From contig JAYTHU010000066.1 of assembly GCA_043732305.1 (NCBI GenBank), forward strand, positions 1 to 15,528: a stretch of 15,528 nt of DNA, written 5' to 3'. Numbering within the stretch: the first letter of the stretch is position 1; each line of letters begins with the position of its first letter. Both the position numbers and the translations under genes were made by a program. The notes beneath the pieces were generated by a model. That model worked only from the letters and a program-made list of their open reading frames with translations. It had not been told where the DNA came from and searched no databases. This DNA comes from Oligoflexia bacterium (GTDB lineage: Bacteria; Bdellovibrionota; Bdellovibrionia; JABDDW01). Below are positions 7,049-15,528 of this stretch, piece after piece.

Positions 7049-8218
7049 ATGTCACAACCCAAACTCTCCCGCCCTCTTTTATTTACAATGTCCGCCGCTG
7101 GCGGAATAAATGTTGCGAATCTTTATTTCAATCAACCACTGCTTGATCAGATGCGAGACAGTCTTCACATTTCAATGCAGGCGCTGGGTTGGATTCCTTC
7201 TCTCACGCAAATTGGATATGCGATCGGAATGTTATTTCTCGTCCCGCTTGGAGACATGCGCAGTCGAAAAAACTTAATAATGATCTTCATGTTGCTCTCC
7301 GTGATTTGCCTAGCCCTCACAGCGCTGGCCAAGACGATGATTCTGTTAGCCGTCGCGAGCTTAGCTTTGGGATTGAGCACGATGACACCGCAGCTCTTAA
7401 TTCCATTTGCCGCGAACCTGGCTCCAGAAACGGGACGAGGCAAAGTGATTGGCACTATGGTGAGTGGACTACTCTTGGGTATTTTATTAGCAAGAACTGT
7501 AAGTGGATTTATTGGAGCGGCTTTTGGTTGGCGCGCCATGTTTTTAATTGCTGCCGCAGCCAGCGTCGTGGTGATGATTGTTTTAGCGATAGTTCTTCCT
7601 AAGAGCGAACCAACTTTCCAAGGAACTTACCGAGGGCTACTCAAATCTGTTTATGATATTGTTTGCACTCAACCAGCGTTACGCGAATCTGCTTTTTTTG
7701 GCGCCATGCTGTTTGGTGCGTTCAGCGTTTTTTGGGCGACGCTTATTCATTTAATGGAAACCCCGGCCTTCAAACTTGGCTCTCGAGCTGTTGGTATTTT
7801 TGGATTGCTTGGAGCCGTTGGAGTTTTTGCAGCTCCTTGGGTTGGCAGCCTTGCCGACAAACGAGATCCAAGACGTTCAGTCGGAATAATGATTGCCGTC
7901 ACTTTTTTGTCTTTCGTGATTTTTATTTTCTCGGGAACCAGTTTGATTGGTCTTGGGATAGGTGTGCTCGTCATGGACATTGGTGTTCAAGCGGGACACA
8001 TTTCTAATCAGTCTCGAATTTTTGCACTGCTCCCACACGCCCGCAGCCGAGTGCAAACGGTTTATATGTTTTGTTACTTCGTTGGTGGGGCGGCGGGTTC
8101 ATGGTTGGGTACTTTAGGTTGGAGTCAGAACCAGTGGACAGGAGTTTGCTTGAGCGCCATGGGTCTTCTTGCGGTAGCTGGGATTCGATTCATGATCCCA
8201 TTTAAATCAGCAGCTTGA
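7049..8218 (+). CDS. MFS transporter (12-TM, YgaY/YnfM-like)
   Basis: ANLYFNQPLL, QIGYAIGMLFLVPLGDMRSRK (motif A), GLLLGILLARTVSG, FGWRAMF and GSLADKRDPR. Confidence 0.93.
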   Translation: MSQPKLSRPLLFTMSAAGGINVANLYFNQPLLDQMRDSLHISMQALGWIPSLTQIGYAIGMLFLVPLGDMRSRKNLIMIFMLLSVICLALTALAKTMILLAVASLALGLSTMTPQLLIPFAANLAPETGRGKVIGTMVSGLLLGILLARTVSGFIGAAFGWRAMFLIAAAASVVVMIVLAIVLPKSEPTFQGTYRGLLKSVYDIVCTQPALRESAFFGAMLFGAFSVFWATLIHLMETPAFKLGSRAVGIFGLLGAVGVFAAPWVGSLADKRDPRRSVGIMIAVTFLSFVIFIFSGTSLIGLGIGVLVMDIGVQAGHISNQSRIFALLPHARSRVQTVYMFCYFVGGAAGSWLGTLGWSQNQWTGVCLSAMGLLAVAGIRFMIPFKSAA

Positions 8219-8260
8219 CAACTTCGCGCCTGTGATCAAATTAAATTTCGGAGGCATTTT

Positions 8261-9253
8261 ATTCCAAACACCAATCCAGAAACAAATTTTGACATAGAAC
8301 TAGAAACAAAATCAGACAGAGTAGTAAATCTAACACCACCACTTGCTCCTCACCTCACTAGGATTTCAGAAGAGCTCGTGGCACTGGCTGAGCAGAGTTC
8401 AGCATCTGTTGTTGGCGTGGAACACGCGCAAGGCCATGGCTCCGGGGTGATCCTCACACCTGACGGATATATCTTAACGAATAATCATGTGGTTGGTGAT
8501 GAGAAATCTGTAACAGTTAGAGTTGCAGATGGATCAGCTCTCCACGGAACTGTTTTGGGGCGAGATCAGAAAACAGATTTGGCAGTGATTCAAGTTTCCA
8601 CAAGTTATCCTCTGCCGCATCGAAAACTTGTGGATAAGCGTCACGTGAAGGTGGGGCAAATCGCAATCGCCATTGGAAATCCATTTCGTTTTGATCGCTC
8701 TCTTACATGGGGAGTGGTCAGTGCTCTAGATCGTTCACTTCCGACAAGTTTTTCTGTGCTGGAAGGTCTTATTCAAACTGATGCTGCGATCAATCCTGGC
8801 AACTCCGGTGGCCCACTCATTTCCACTCACGGAGACGTGATTGGAATCAACACGGCTATTGTTCCGTTCGCCCAAGGAATTGGCTTTGCCATTCCGTCTT
8901 ACACCGCGAGTTGGGTCGCGGGCGAATTGATTAAAAATGGTCGCATTCATCGTCGCTATTTAGGAGTCGTTGCAATGGGAGTGCAATATCAGCCAATGCG
9001 GGGGCACGTGCCAGGGGCTTCCAGGCGAGCGATATCTGTCCAGAGAGTTGAGCCCTCTTCACCGGCAGATTTCGCCAAGCTTAAAGCTGGTGATTTAATT
9101 TTATCTGCGGATGGAGTTGAACTTTGGAATCTCGATGATCTTCAACGCGTGCTCTCGCTCGGTGAGAATCGTCAGATTGAGTTAGTGGTCAAAAGAGGCG
9201 AAGACATCGCGACTTTTAAAATTCTTCCTATCGACGAAAAGATCGCAGCTTAG
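8261..9253 (+). CDS. HtrA/DegP-like trypsin-fold serine protease with one PDZ domain; probable ATT start (first canonical start is GTG 8378)
   Basis: Catalytic triad in TNNHVV, KTDLAV and INPGNSGGP. PDZ motifs YLGV and VEPSSPADFAKLKAGDLI. SD GGAGG (8250-8254) lies 6 nt before an in-frame ATT at 8261. No signal peptide is seen. Confidence 0.9.
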   Translation: MPNTNPETNFDIELETKSDRVVNLTPPLAPHLTRISEELVALAEQSSASVVGVEHAQGHGSGVILTPDGYILTNNHVVGDEKSVTVRVADGSALHGTVLGRDQKTDLAVIQVSTSYPLPHRKLVDKRHVKVGQIAIAIGNPFRFDRSLTWGVVSALDRSLPTSFSVLEGLIQTDAAINPGNSGGPLISTHGDVIGINTAIVPFAQGIGFAIPSYTASWVAGELIKNGRIHRRYLGVVAMGVQYQPMRGHVPGASRRAISVQRVEPSSPADFAKLKAGDLILSADGVELWNLDDLQRVLSLGENRQIELVVKRGEDIATFKILPIDEKIAA

Positions 9254-9728
9254 CTGGAATGAGTTCTTCCGCGACCCACAGTGGCCCGATAAGTAAAAAG
9301 AAAATGTCTTTAAAAAATGAAGGCTTCTTGCCCTCAACTTTGTGTCCCCAAAATTGACCTATCCAAGCAACGGCGAAAATAATTAAACATGGAGAAAGCA
9401 AACCTGTATTTAAATTAAATAACCAGCGCTTCAAAACCTCTAACGAGATTGCCATTGGAAATATCATCCCCGCACCAAGAACCAAAGCGCGCCAGTCTTT
9501 AAAGGTAGCGTAGTACCCCAACACAAAAACTATGAATAACCAGGAGACACCGAACGCTCTTAAAAGGCCGAGCAAGCTAAACATAATAGCAGGAACACAA
9601 AATTTATGTATCTGGCGATTGAACAAATTTTGATGAGATTCACCATACTCGAGCAACAGCGCACGCAACCTTGGACTGCGAATCCAGAACTCACCATCAA
9701 CAATATTATTGGAATTTTTAATGGGCAT
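9228..9728 (-). CDS. DUF962 / Mpo1-like membrane protein
   Basis: YGESHQN..NRQIHKFCVP and WIGQFWGHKVEGKKPSFFKD..FLLIGPLWV are characteristic motifs. The start overlaps the 3' end of the emrB-like gene. Confidence 0.88.
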   Translation of the reverse strand: MPIKNSNNIVDGEFWIRSPRLRALLLEYGESHQNLFNRQIHKFCVPAIMFSLLGLLRAFGVSWLFIVFVLGYYATFKDWRALVLGAGMIFPMAISLEVLKRWLFNLNTGLLSPCLIIFAVAWIGQFWGHKVEGKKPSFFKDIFFLLIGPLWVAEELIPAKLRSFRR

Positions 9729-11289
9729 CTATGGGACCTGTAATGGGGCGATTGACCTTCATTAAATAAAGAGGAATCATGGCCAACAATGTCACAAAGA
9801 AAAGCAGCCACATGAGCTGGGTCATACTCATAATGAAAACCTGATTTGCCACTCGAAATTTCAAACTCTGCAAAGTGGCTTCATTGATAGCTGCAAGTCC
9901 CAAACTGTTGGACATTTTTCCCATCATCGCGGTTTGCATTTGCTTGACGGTATTGAAAGTATTGTAATTCAAAAGACTCACGTGCTGCAAAACGTCGATC
10001 TCATTTTGTGCGTTGAATTTTTCAAGCAATGTCGCAATAAGAGCAATTCCAATACTCCCACCGATCTGTCGAGAAAGATTCATGAGACCTGCCACTTGCC
10101 CAAGATCTCTTCCTTTGAACTGACTGAGAACCACAGTGTTGATCGGCACAAATAGAAATGCCATTCCGGCCCCGCGAATAAGGAGACTCCAGAAAAGTTG
10201 AGACTGTCCAGTCTGAGAAGAAACACGCGTGAGACTGAAAATAAAAACTTCACAAATCGCAAAGCCAATGAAAATAAAAATCTTGGGATTGATGCGTCTC
10301 ATATTCGCACCGATGAAAGGCATGAAAGCAGCAGTGAGAAGTGCACCAGGAATGAAAAGCATTCCGGTTTGGGTTGCATCGAAATTCAGTACACGCCCCA
10401 CAAAAATTGGCAGAACAAAAATAACTCCGTAAAGAAATAATCCCAACGACATCATCAGAAGGGTTCCACTGCGCACGACTGATTCCTTGAAAAGTCTAAG
10501 ATCAACAATGGGATTGGGAATGCTAAGTTCGCGCCAAACAAAACCCGGCAAAGAGAATGCGGCCACCAAGGTTGCGGCAATGATTGCTCCGGAAGAAAAC
10601 CAATCGTCGGCTTGACCGCGCTCGAGCACAAATTGAAGGCTTCCAATACCTAAAGCCAAAAGCACAAGACCCCAAACATCCATGGCTGGCTTTTTAATCG
10701 GCGCTTCGCCAAGCAATGGTTTTTTCGCAGGCTCTGAATCCTCAACATATTGATAAGCCAAAAGTGCTGCGAGAAGACCCAGAGGCAAATTGATATTAAA
10801 AATAGAACGCCATCCGAAGTTGTCTGTAAGATAACCGCCAAGGGTTGGACCAAGCGTCGGACCAATCATGATGCTCATACCAAAGATCGCACTGCCAATT
10901 CCGGCGCGTGGTCCAGGGAACTGTTCCTGAATCAAAGCTTGGGAAGTGGGGAGAAGTGCTCCGCCCGCCAATCCCTGAAAAACTCGGAAGATCGTGAGAG
11001 CCAAAAGATTTGGAGCGAATCCGCAAGCAACCGATGACAATGTGAAAAGCAAAATGCAAGTGACGTAATAATTTTTTCGACCAAAATTCATTCCCAGCCA
11101 ACCTGACAAAGGAAGAACGATGGCATTGGCAATGATGTAGCCGGTGATGACCCAGCTGATGTCTTCTAACGTTGCGCCAAGATTTCCCATCATTGTGGGG
11201 ATCGCGACATTCACAATGGAAGTGTCGATAATTTCTAGCAAGGAAGCTAGGATCGCAACAAAGACAATAAATTTTGACGATCGACTCAT
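9718..11289 (-). CDS. emrB: DHA2-family (EmrB-like) MFS efflux permease
   Basis: LEIIDTSIVNVAIP, WVITGYIIANAI, RVFQGLAGG, GPTLGPTLGGYLTDNFGWR, LERGQADDWF and LSRQIGGSIG. ATGA overlap with the upstream gene. Confidence 0.93.
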   Translation of the reverse strand: MSRSSKFIVFVAILASLLEIIDTSIVNVAIPTMMGNLGATLEDISWVITGYIIANAIVLPLSGWLGMNFGRKNYYVTCILLFTLSSVACGFAPNLLALTIFRVFQGLAGGALLPTSQALIQEQFPGPRAGIGSAIFGMSIMIGPTLGPTLGGYLTDNFGWRSIFNINLPLGLLAALLAYQYVEDSEPAKKPLLGEAPIKKPAMDVWGLVLLALGIGSLQFVLERGQADDWFSSGAIIAATLVAAFSLPGFVWRELSIPNPIVDLRLFKESVVRSGTLLMMSLGLFLYGVIFVLPIFVGRVLNFDATQTGMLFIPGALLTAAFMPFIGANMRRINPKIFIFIGFAICEVFIFSLTRVSSQTGQSQLFWSLLIRGAGMAFLFVPINTVVLSQFKGRDLGQVAGLMNLSRQIGGSIGIALIATLLEKFNAQNEIDVLQHVSLLNYNTFNTVKQMQTAMMGKMSNSLGLAAINEATLQSLKFRVANQVFIMSMTQLMWLLFFVTLLAMIPLYLMKVNRPITGPIDAH

Positions 11290-12143
11290 CTCACGTGCAC
11301 TTTCACGTTGGCAGACAATCCAGCTTGAAGTAAATCAACATCGCCATTAGAAAGATTGCCAAGCTTGATGCGCACAGGAACTCTTTGCACAACCTTAGTA
11401 AAATTGCCGGTGGCATTATCTGGAGGAAGCAAAGTGAAAGTAGCGCCAGTTGCGGAAGAAACGCTTTCGACTTCACCGTGAAAGGTTCGGCCAGAAATAG
11501 CATCAACCGTCACGTCCACCTTTTGTCCGATCCTAAGACCCTCAAGTTCGGTTTCTTTGAAATTTGCAGAAACCCATCGTTCTTCAGCAGAGACAAACCC
11601 AAAGAGAGGCATTCCTGGCGAAGCCAATTGCCCTAATTCTACGGCTTTCTTAGCAATAGAACCATCTGTTGGAGCTTTAATTTTCGTGTTGTCTAAATTT
11701 AATTGCGCTTGGGCAATTTGGGCATCGAGAGATTTTATTTTATTTACTAATTCAATATTTGTCGCAGTGGCCGCGTCGTTTTGTTGCTGCGAGATCGCTC
11801 CTTGGGAATAAAGACTTTGAAGACGTTTTGAATTTGTAGCCGCATTGTGAGCACGAGCTTGCACCGATTCTCGTTCTCCAATCATCTGATGGAGAGTGTT
11901 GTCATAATCACGACTGTCGATTTCAGCTAATAATTCTCCGGCTTTCACTTTTTGATTCTCCTCGACGGCTACTTTCGTGACAAATCCGCCAACCTTAGAT
12001 GCGAGCATCACAGTTTTTGCCTGAACTTGCGCATTGTCAGTGCTGACGTAGAAAATGTGTTGGTAAACGAAGTAAAATATTCCAAGAACCATGACAGTCG
12101 AGACGCCGATAATGATATTTTTCTTTTTACCTGTGACCGCCAT
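11286..12143 (-). CDS. emrA: HlyD/EmrA-family membrane fusion protein
   Basis: VSTDNAQV, ANFKETEL and TGATFTLLPPDNATGNFTKVVQRVPVRI. Start ATG at 12143 with SD GGAG, immediately after the tolC-like stop. Confidence 0.94.
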   Translation of the reverse strand: MAVTGKKKNIIIGVSTVMVLGIFYFVYQHIFYVSTDNAQVQAKTVMLASKVGGFVTKVAVEENQKVKAGELLAEIDSRDYDNTLHQMIGERESVQARAHNAATNSKRLQSLYSQGAISQQQNDAATATNIELVNKIKSLDAQIAQAQLNLDNTKIKAPTDGSIAKKAVELGQLASPGMPLFGFVSAEERWVSANFKETELEGLRIGQKVDVTVDAISGRTFHGEVESVSSATGATFTLLPPDNATGNFTKVVQRVPVRIKLGNLSNGDVDLLQAGLSANVKVHVR

Positions 12144-12144
12144 T

Positions 12145-13449
12145 TTATAGTCTCCTTCCAAGAGCCATTTCAATATTTGTTAAAGCTTCAAAGCTGTCGA
12201 CTTGTGCGTTGATCACCCCAGATCTGGATCGAAACAATTCGAGTTGTGCATCCAATACTTCGGTGATCGTGCGCGCTCCCGCTCTGAAAGAAAGTCGAGC
12301 AAGCCGGACACTTTCTTCAGACTTTTCGAGATCGGACTTTCTCGCATCATAAAGAGACGAACTATAGAGATATCTTCTTTTCCAAAAATCGAAATCATAA
12401 GGAACTTGCAACTGCGCCTGTCTCAAAGATTTTTCAGCCTGGATTTTTTGATAAGAAGCTTCTTGAGATTTGGCAATGGAAACCATTCCATCGAACAAAT
12501 TCCAGGTCATGAAAAACCCCATACTGTAAGCCGTGCGATAATTATTCCAGTCGGTCGCGGAAGTTGTTAAATCGTTGTACTGAATCCCTTGCGCTGCAAA
12601 GCTAAGTCGAGGAATCCAGAAATCACCAGCAGCATCAGCCATCTTACCTGAGGCACGAGTTCGTTCTTCCATAGCGCGAATGTCTTTACGTGAAGACTGT
12701 GTGGGAAGAGCGAGATCTTTGATTTTATCCGCCCGAGGCAGGGTCAAATCCCCTTCAAGAGGACGATTGTCATTTTCGGAACCGAGAGCAAGCGCCAAAA
12801 GTTTACGAGATAAAATGACGTTGTCACTGGCTTGCAAAAATTCTGTTTTAGCTTCGTTCAATTGAACTTCAGCACGGAGAAGATCGTAGTTTGTTGCAAC
12901 TCCGCTCCTCTTTAAATTTGTCACTTGATTCACATGATCCTGAACGGTCTTTACGTTCTGCTCAGCAGCCGCTTCTAATTTAATTGCGGCCACTGCTTTT
13001 GAAAATTTGATTCTCACTTCTGACTCTAACTGAAACTTTGTCCATTCCAAACTATCTCCAGCGGCATTTTCTTGAAGACCTGCAGCAGAATATTTTTTTA
13101 TCCCTTGGAAACCATCAAATAATGGATACGTGAAATTTAGCGCCGCCTGAGTGGTAGGGTAAATTCCAGGAATGGCAATATTGCCAAATCCAGGAATGGA
13201 AGGATTCACAAGCTCATATTGAGTATTAGTAAAATAATTTGCAGTCAGAATTAGTGAGGGCAAGAAAGTCGAAAACGCTTCGGTTTTTTTCCAGCTCGTT
13301 TCCTGGTATTCCGCCTGCGCTTTTTGCACCACCGGTGAATTGCCTATGGCCTCACTCACCGCTTGGTTCATCGAAAGCGCGTGTGCAGGAGAGATGTTTG
13401 AAAGCATGAGACTAAGAAGCAACAGAGGGAGTCTTGTTGTTACATTCAT
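12145..13449 (-). CDS. TolC-family outer membrane efflux protein
   Basis: Signal peptide ending AHA. Motifs LSMNQAVSEAIGNSP, GVATNYDLLRAEVQL and FRAGARTITEVLDAQ. ATG 13449 is preferred to TTG 13485. Confidence 0.92.
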   Translation of the reverse strand: MNVTTRLPLLLLSLMLSNISPAHALSMNQAVSEAIGNSPVVQKAQAEYQETSWKKTEAFSTFLPSLILTANYFTNTQYELVNPSIPGFGNIAIPGIYPTTQAALNFTYPLFDGFQGIKKYSAAGLQENAAGDSLEWTKFQLESEVRIKFSKAVAAIKLEAAAEQNVKTVQDHVNQVTNLKRSGVATNYDLLRAEVQLNEAKTEFLQASDNVILSRKLLALALGSENDNRPLEGDLTLPRADKIKDLALPTQSSRKDIRAMEERTRASGKMADAAGDFWIPRLSFAAQGIQYNDLTTSATDWNNYRTAYSMGFFMTWNLFDGMVSIAKSQEASYQKIQAEKSLRQAQLQVPYDFDFWKRRYLYSSSLYDARKSDLEKSEESVRLARLSFRAGARTITEVLDAQLELFRSRSGVINAQVDSFEALTNIEMALGRRL

Positions 13450-13514
13450 ACAAGGTATATTGGTATACAATATAAGCCTTGTCAATATTGAATAGGACTA
13501 GTAAGGTTGTTTGC
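13450..13514. promoter_or_regulatory. Divergent overlapping sigma70-type promoters plus palindromic MarR operator candidates
   Basis: Minus strand: TTGACA (13485-13480), N17, CAATAT (13462-13457). Plus strand: TTGTCA (13479-13484), N17, TAAGGT (13502-13507). Inverted repeat ACAAGG-TATATTG-gtata-CAATATA-ag-CCTTGT (13450-13482) and palindrome TCAATATTGA (13482-13491). Confidence 0.65.
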
Positions 13515-14039
13515 ATGAAAGAGATTTCTTTTTGCCTTAAAGAATTACCAAAGAACGAAGCTATCCAGGAAATGGCCAAAAGGTATCCTCAAGCCAAACC
13601 CGAGCAGATCAGTCTCGCCCTTACGTTTCTCAAAACCGCTGCGGATCTTTCGAAAATCATGGAACTTTATTTCACAAAATATGATCTCTCAACCGCCCGC
13701 TTTTCTTTTCTGATGCTGCTTTTGCGAAACCCTGAAGGCCTCAATCCGAGCGACATCGCTGAAAAAATGGGCGTGACCAAAGCCAACATGACAGGACTTA
13801 TCGACGGGCTCATTGCCAAGAACTATGTCTCACGCCAAGGCGACCCTGATGATCGTCGCATTGTGAAGATCAAACTCGCAAAGCAAGGCGAGAAGCTCTT
13901 GGACAAGATTCTCCCTGATCATTATTCCCGGGTAAGCCAAACGATGAAAAAGCTCACCTCTAAAGATATTAAAATGTTCAAAAAGTATCTTCAAACTATC
14001 GCCGAAAACCTCAACATGCTTGTAGAAGAGTCGAACTGA
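13515..14039 (+). CDS. MarR-family transcriptional regulator
   Basis: YDLSTARFSFLMLL..GLNPSDIAEKMGVTKANMTGLIDGL..KNYVSR..DPDDRR..IKL. Divergent from the efflux operon. Start ATG 13515. Confidence 0.94.
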   Translation: MKEISFCLKELPKNEAIQEMAKRYPQAKPEQISLALTFLKTAADLSKIMELYFTKYDLSTARFSFLMLLLRNPEGLNPSDIAEKMGVTKANMTGLIDGLIAKNYVSRQGDPDDRRIVKIKLAKQGEKLLDKILPDHYSRVSQTMKKLTSKDIKMFKKYLQTIAENLNMLVEESN

Positions 14040-14092
14040 AACTTTGCGAATAGTCTTGAGTTTTGTGCAAAAAAGAGACATATCCTTGCCCT

Positions 14093-14569
14093 ATGCCGTT
14101 CACCTTAGAAATTTCTAAAGACAACTTCAAGTTCTCCGCTTCCCACTTTGCAATCTTTGGTCCATATTGCGGGGAACTCATGCACGGTCACAACTATTAC
14201 GTTTCTGTTAAATTGGAAACCCATGAACTTGATCCCACACTTGGACTGGCCGTTGAATTCAACGAGATCAAACCGCTTATCAAGGCAGCATGCGAAGAAT
14301 GGGATGAATGCATTCTGTTTCCCAACAAATCTCCATATTTAAAAATTGAACTCATCGAAGATTCTTATAAAGTCGTTTTCAATAAAAAAACTTATGTTCT
14401 TCCTAAAGAAGACGTCAATTTGATAGAAGCACTCAATATCTCCGTAGAGGAACTCTCTAAGCTCATGTGGATTAAACTTGTGACCGCGTTTAAAAAATAT
14501 GATCGAATCAAAAAGGTTTACGTCACCATCGAGGAAACTCGCGGGCAAAAAGGAACTTACACAGACTAA
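14093..14569 (+). CDS. 6-pyruvoyl-tetrahydropterin synthase family (COG0720) protein, ExxHGH (PTPS-III-like) subtype
   Basis: FKFSASHF..CGELMHGHNY, SVEELS and a terminal IEETRGQ motif. Start ATG 14093. Confidence 0.88.
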   Translation: MPFTLEISKDNFKFSASHFAIFGPYCGELMHGHNYYVSVKLETHELDPTLGLAVEFNEIKPLIKAACEEWDECILFPNKSPYLKIELIEDSYKVVFNKKTYVLPKEDVNLIEALNISVEELSKLMWIKLVTAFKKYDRIKKVYVTIEETRGQKGTYTD

Positions 14570-14580
14570 GGGGGGATGAT

Positions 14581-15528
14581 ATGACGGGTTTTAAACGATC
14601 TATTGGCTTTTACATATTGATATTGTTTTCGGTATTTCCATCTTCCCGAAGTTACTCCGCAAGTCCGCCTACCCAATCTACCCCACTCAACAAATCAGCC
14701 ATCATGACTACTCTGCAAAGTCTCTACCCCTATTTCACATCTTCGCAAATTGAAGATAAGATCGCCTCCACTAAAGACCCAGATCACTTTTTAAGATCCT
14801 TTGTGCCATATTATTATTTTTCACTCCGAAACAATCCGCAATGGGGGACGCCAATCGCATCCATTTCTGGTGAGGGCGGTTGGTGCGTAGGAGATGCTCA
14901 TTTTTCAAACTTTGGTGTGATTTTGAATGCGAATGGCAATCCAGATTTTACGATCAATGACATGGATGATTCTGGCCCCTGTCATCTTGCTGCCGATACA
15001 TTAAGATTTTTGACTTCAATCATTTTATCAAAGCCACAGGCAAATCTTGCGTATTTAATGCAGGCCTATCAATCGGGATTAAATAACAAATCAGACCAGT
15101 TCTCGCCCGTGCTTCAAAATCTTTTGCAACAGGGCCGCCAGATGGGCAGAGTTTTAAATCCTAAATTATTGGCGGAACCTTCTCGGATGGTGAGGCCTCC
15201 TTCCTCACGCGAACTCACAGGGCCAGAAATCGGATTTGTGAATCAAGCCATCAAGTCATCCTGGGGAGTCGACACCATCATGTTAGATAGTTTTGAAAAT
15301 GCAAAATCAGATGGCGGATCTCAAGATCTTCCTCGCTACATGGTCCTTATAAAGTTAGGAGCCGTGGCATCAGCCAATCAAGGACTTGTTGGAAATCAGA
15401 TTCTGGAGTTTAAACAAGAAGTGCTTCCAGGAATATCATCGCTCGCTACCAAACCTATTCCCGGTACCGCTGACAGAATTTTAGAAACGCTCACGATAGA
15501 ACAAGGCGCAGGCTACTCCCACCTGTAC
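14581..15528 (+). CDS. DUF2252-like (kinase-like fold) protein with N-terminal signal-like sequence, truncated by the window end
   Basis: Not in the ORF track because it has no stop in the window. A G-rich SD (14570-14575) precedes ATG 14581 and the frame stays open to 15528. Motifs WCVGDAHFSNFG, FTINDMDD, GGSQDLPRYMVL and ILEFKQ. Confidence 0.82.
   Translation, partial: MTGFKRSIGFYILILFSVFPSSRSYSASPPTQSTPLNKSAIMTTLQSLYPYFTSSQIEDKIASTKDPDHFLRSFVPYYYFSLRNNPQWGTPIASISGEGGWCVGDAHFSNFGVILNANGNPDFTINDMDDSGPCHLAADTLRFLTSIILSKPQANLAYLMQAYQSGLNNKSDQFSPVLQNLLQQGRQMGRVLNPKLLAEPSRMVRPPSSRELTGPEIGFVNQAIKSSWGVDTIMLDSFENAKSDGGSQDLPRYMVLIKLGAVASANQGLVGNQILEFKQEVLPGISSLATKPIPGTADRILETLTIEQGAGYSHLY

Noticed and set aside
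7049..9253. MFS-protease fusion by readthrough of the single in-frame TGA at 8216-8218
   Set aside because: A shared frame has a 1-in-3 chance. The protease has its own strong SD and a TTGACA at 8215-8220, and no recoding signal is evident.
7165..14548. Many 60-140 aa ORFs nested in or antisense to the MFS, protease, efflux, MarR and PTPS genes
   Set aside because: They are shadow frames of well-supported genes and have no recognisable motifs.
1..15528. CRISPR array, rRNA, IS element or known defence-system gene
   Set aside because: No regularly spaced repeats, transposase motifs or recognisable defence domains were seen.

Overview
The window has two parts. The left part (about 1-6537) is the distal end of an integrative element or genomic island. 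It carries an intact tyrosine integrase (5354-6439) preceded by an excisionase-like HTH gene (5136-5351). An ArsR-family repressor is transcribed divergently from them across a perfect 14-bp inverted repeat. The element ends at a short sequence resembling a tRNA-Pro 3' end (CCGTCTCCCCGACCA, 6523-6537), with tandem arm-type repeats nearby, and its cargo is mostly orphan proteins with signal peptides. The right part (6557-15528) looks like host chromosome. It holds an internally deleted alpha/beta-hydrolase, an MFS transporter and an HtrA-like protease that probably starts at ATT. A TolC-EmrA-EmrB-DUF962 operon follows, divergent from a MarR gene with overlapping, apparently leaderless promoters. 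The window ends with a PTPS-III-type pterin synthase and a DUF2252-like gene that runs off the edge. Gene style suggests a Bdellovibrionota-like host, which is inference only. All family calls come from motif recognition by eye; no searches were run.
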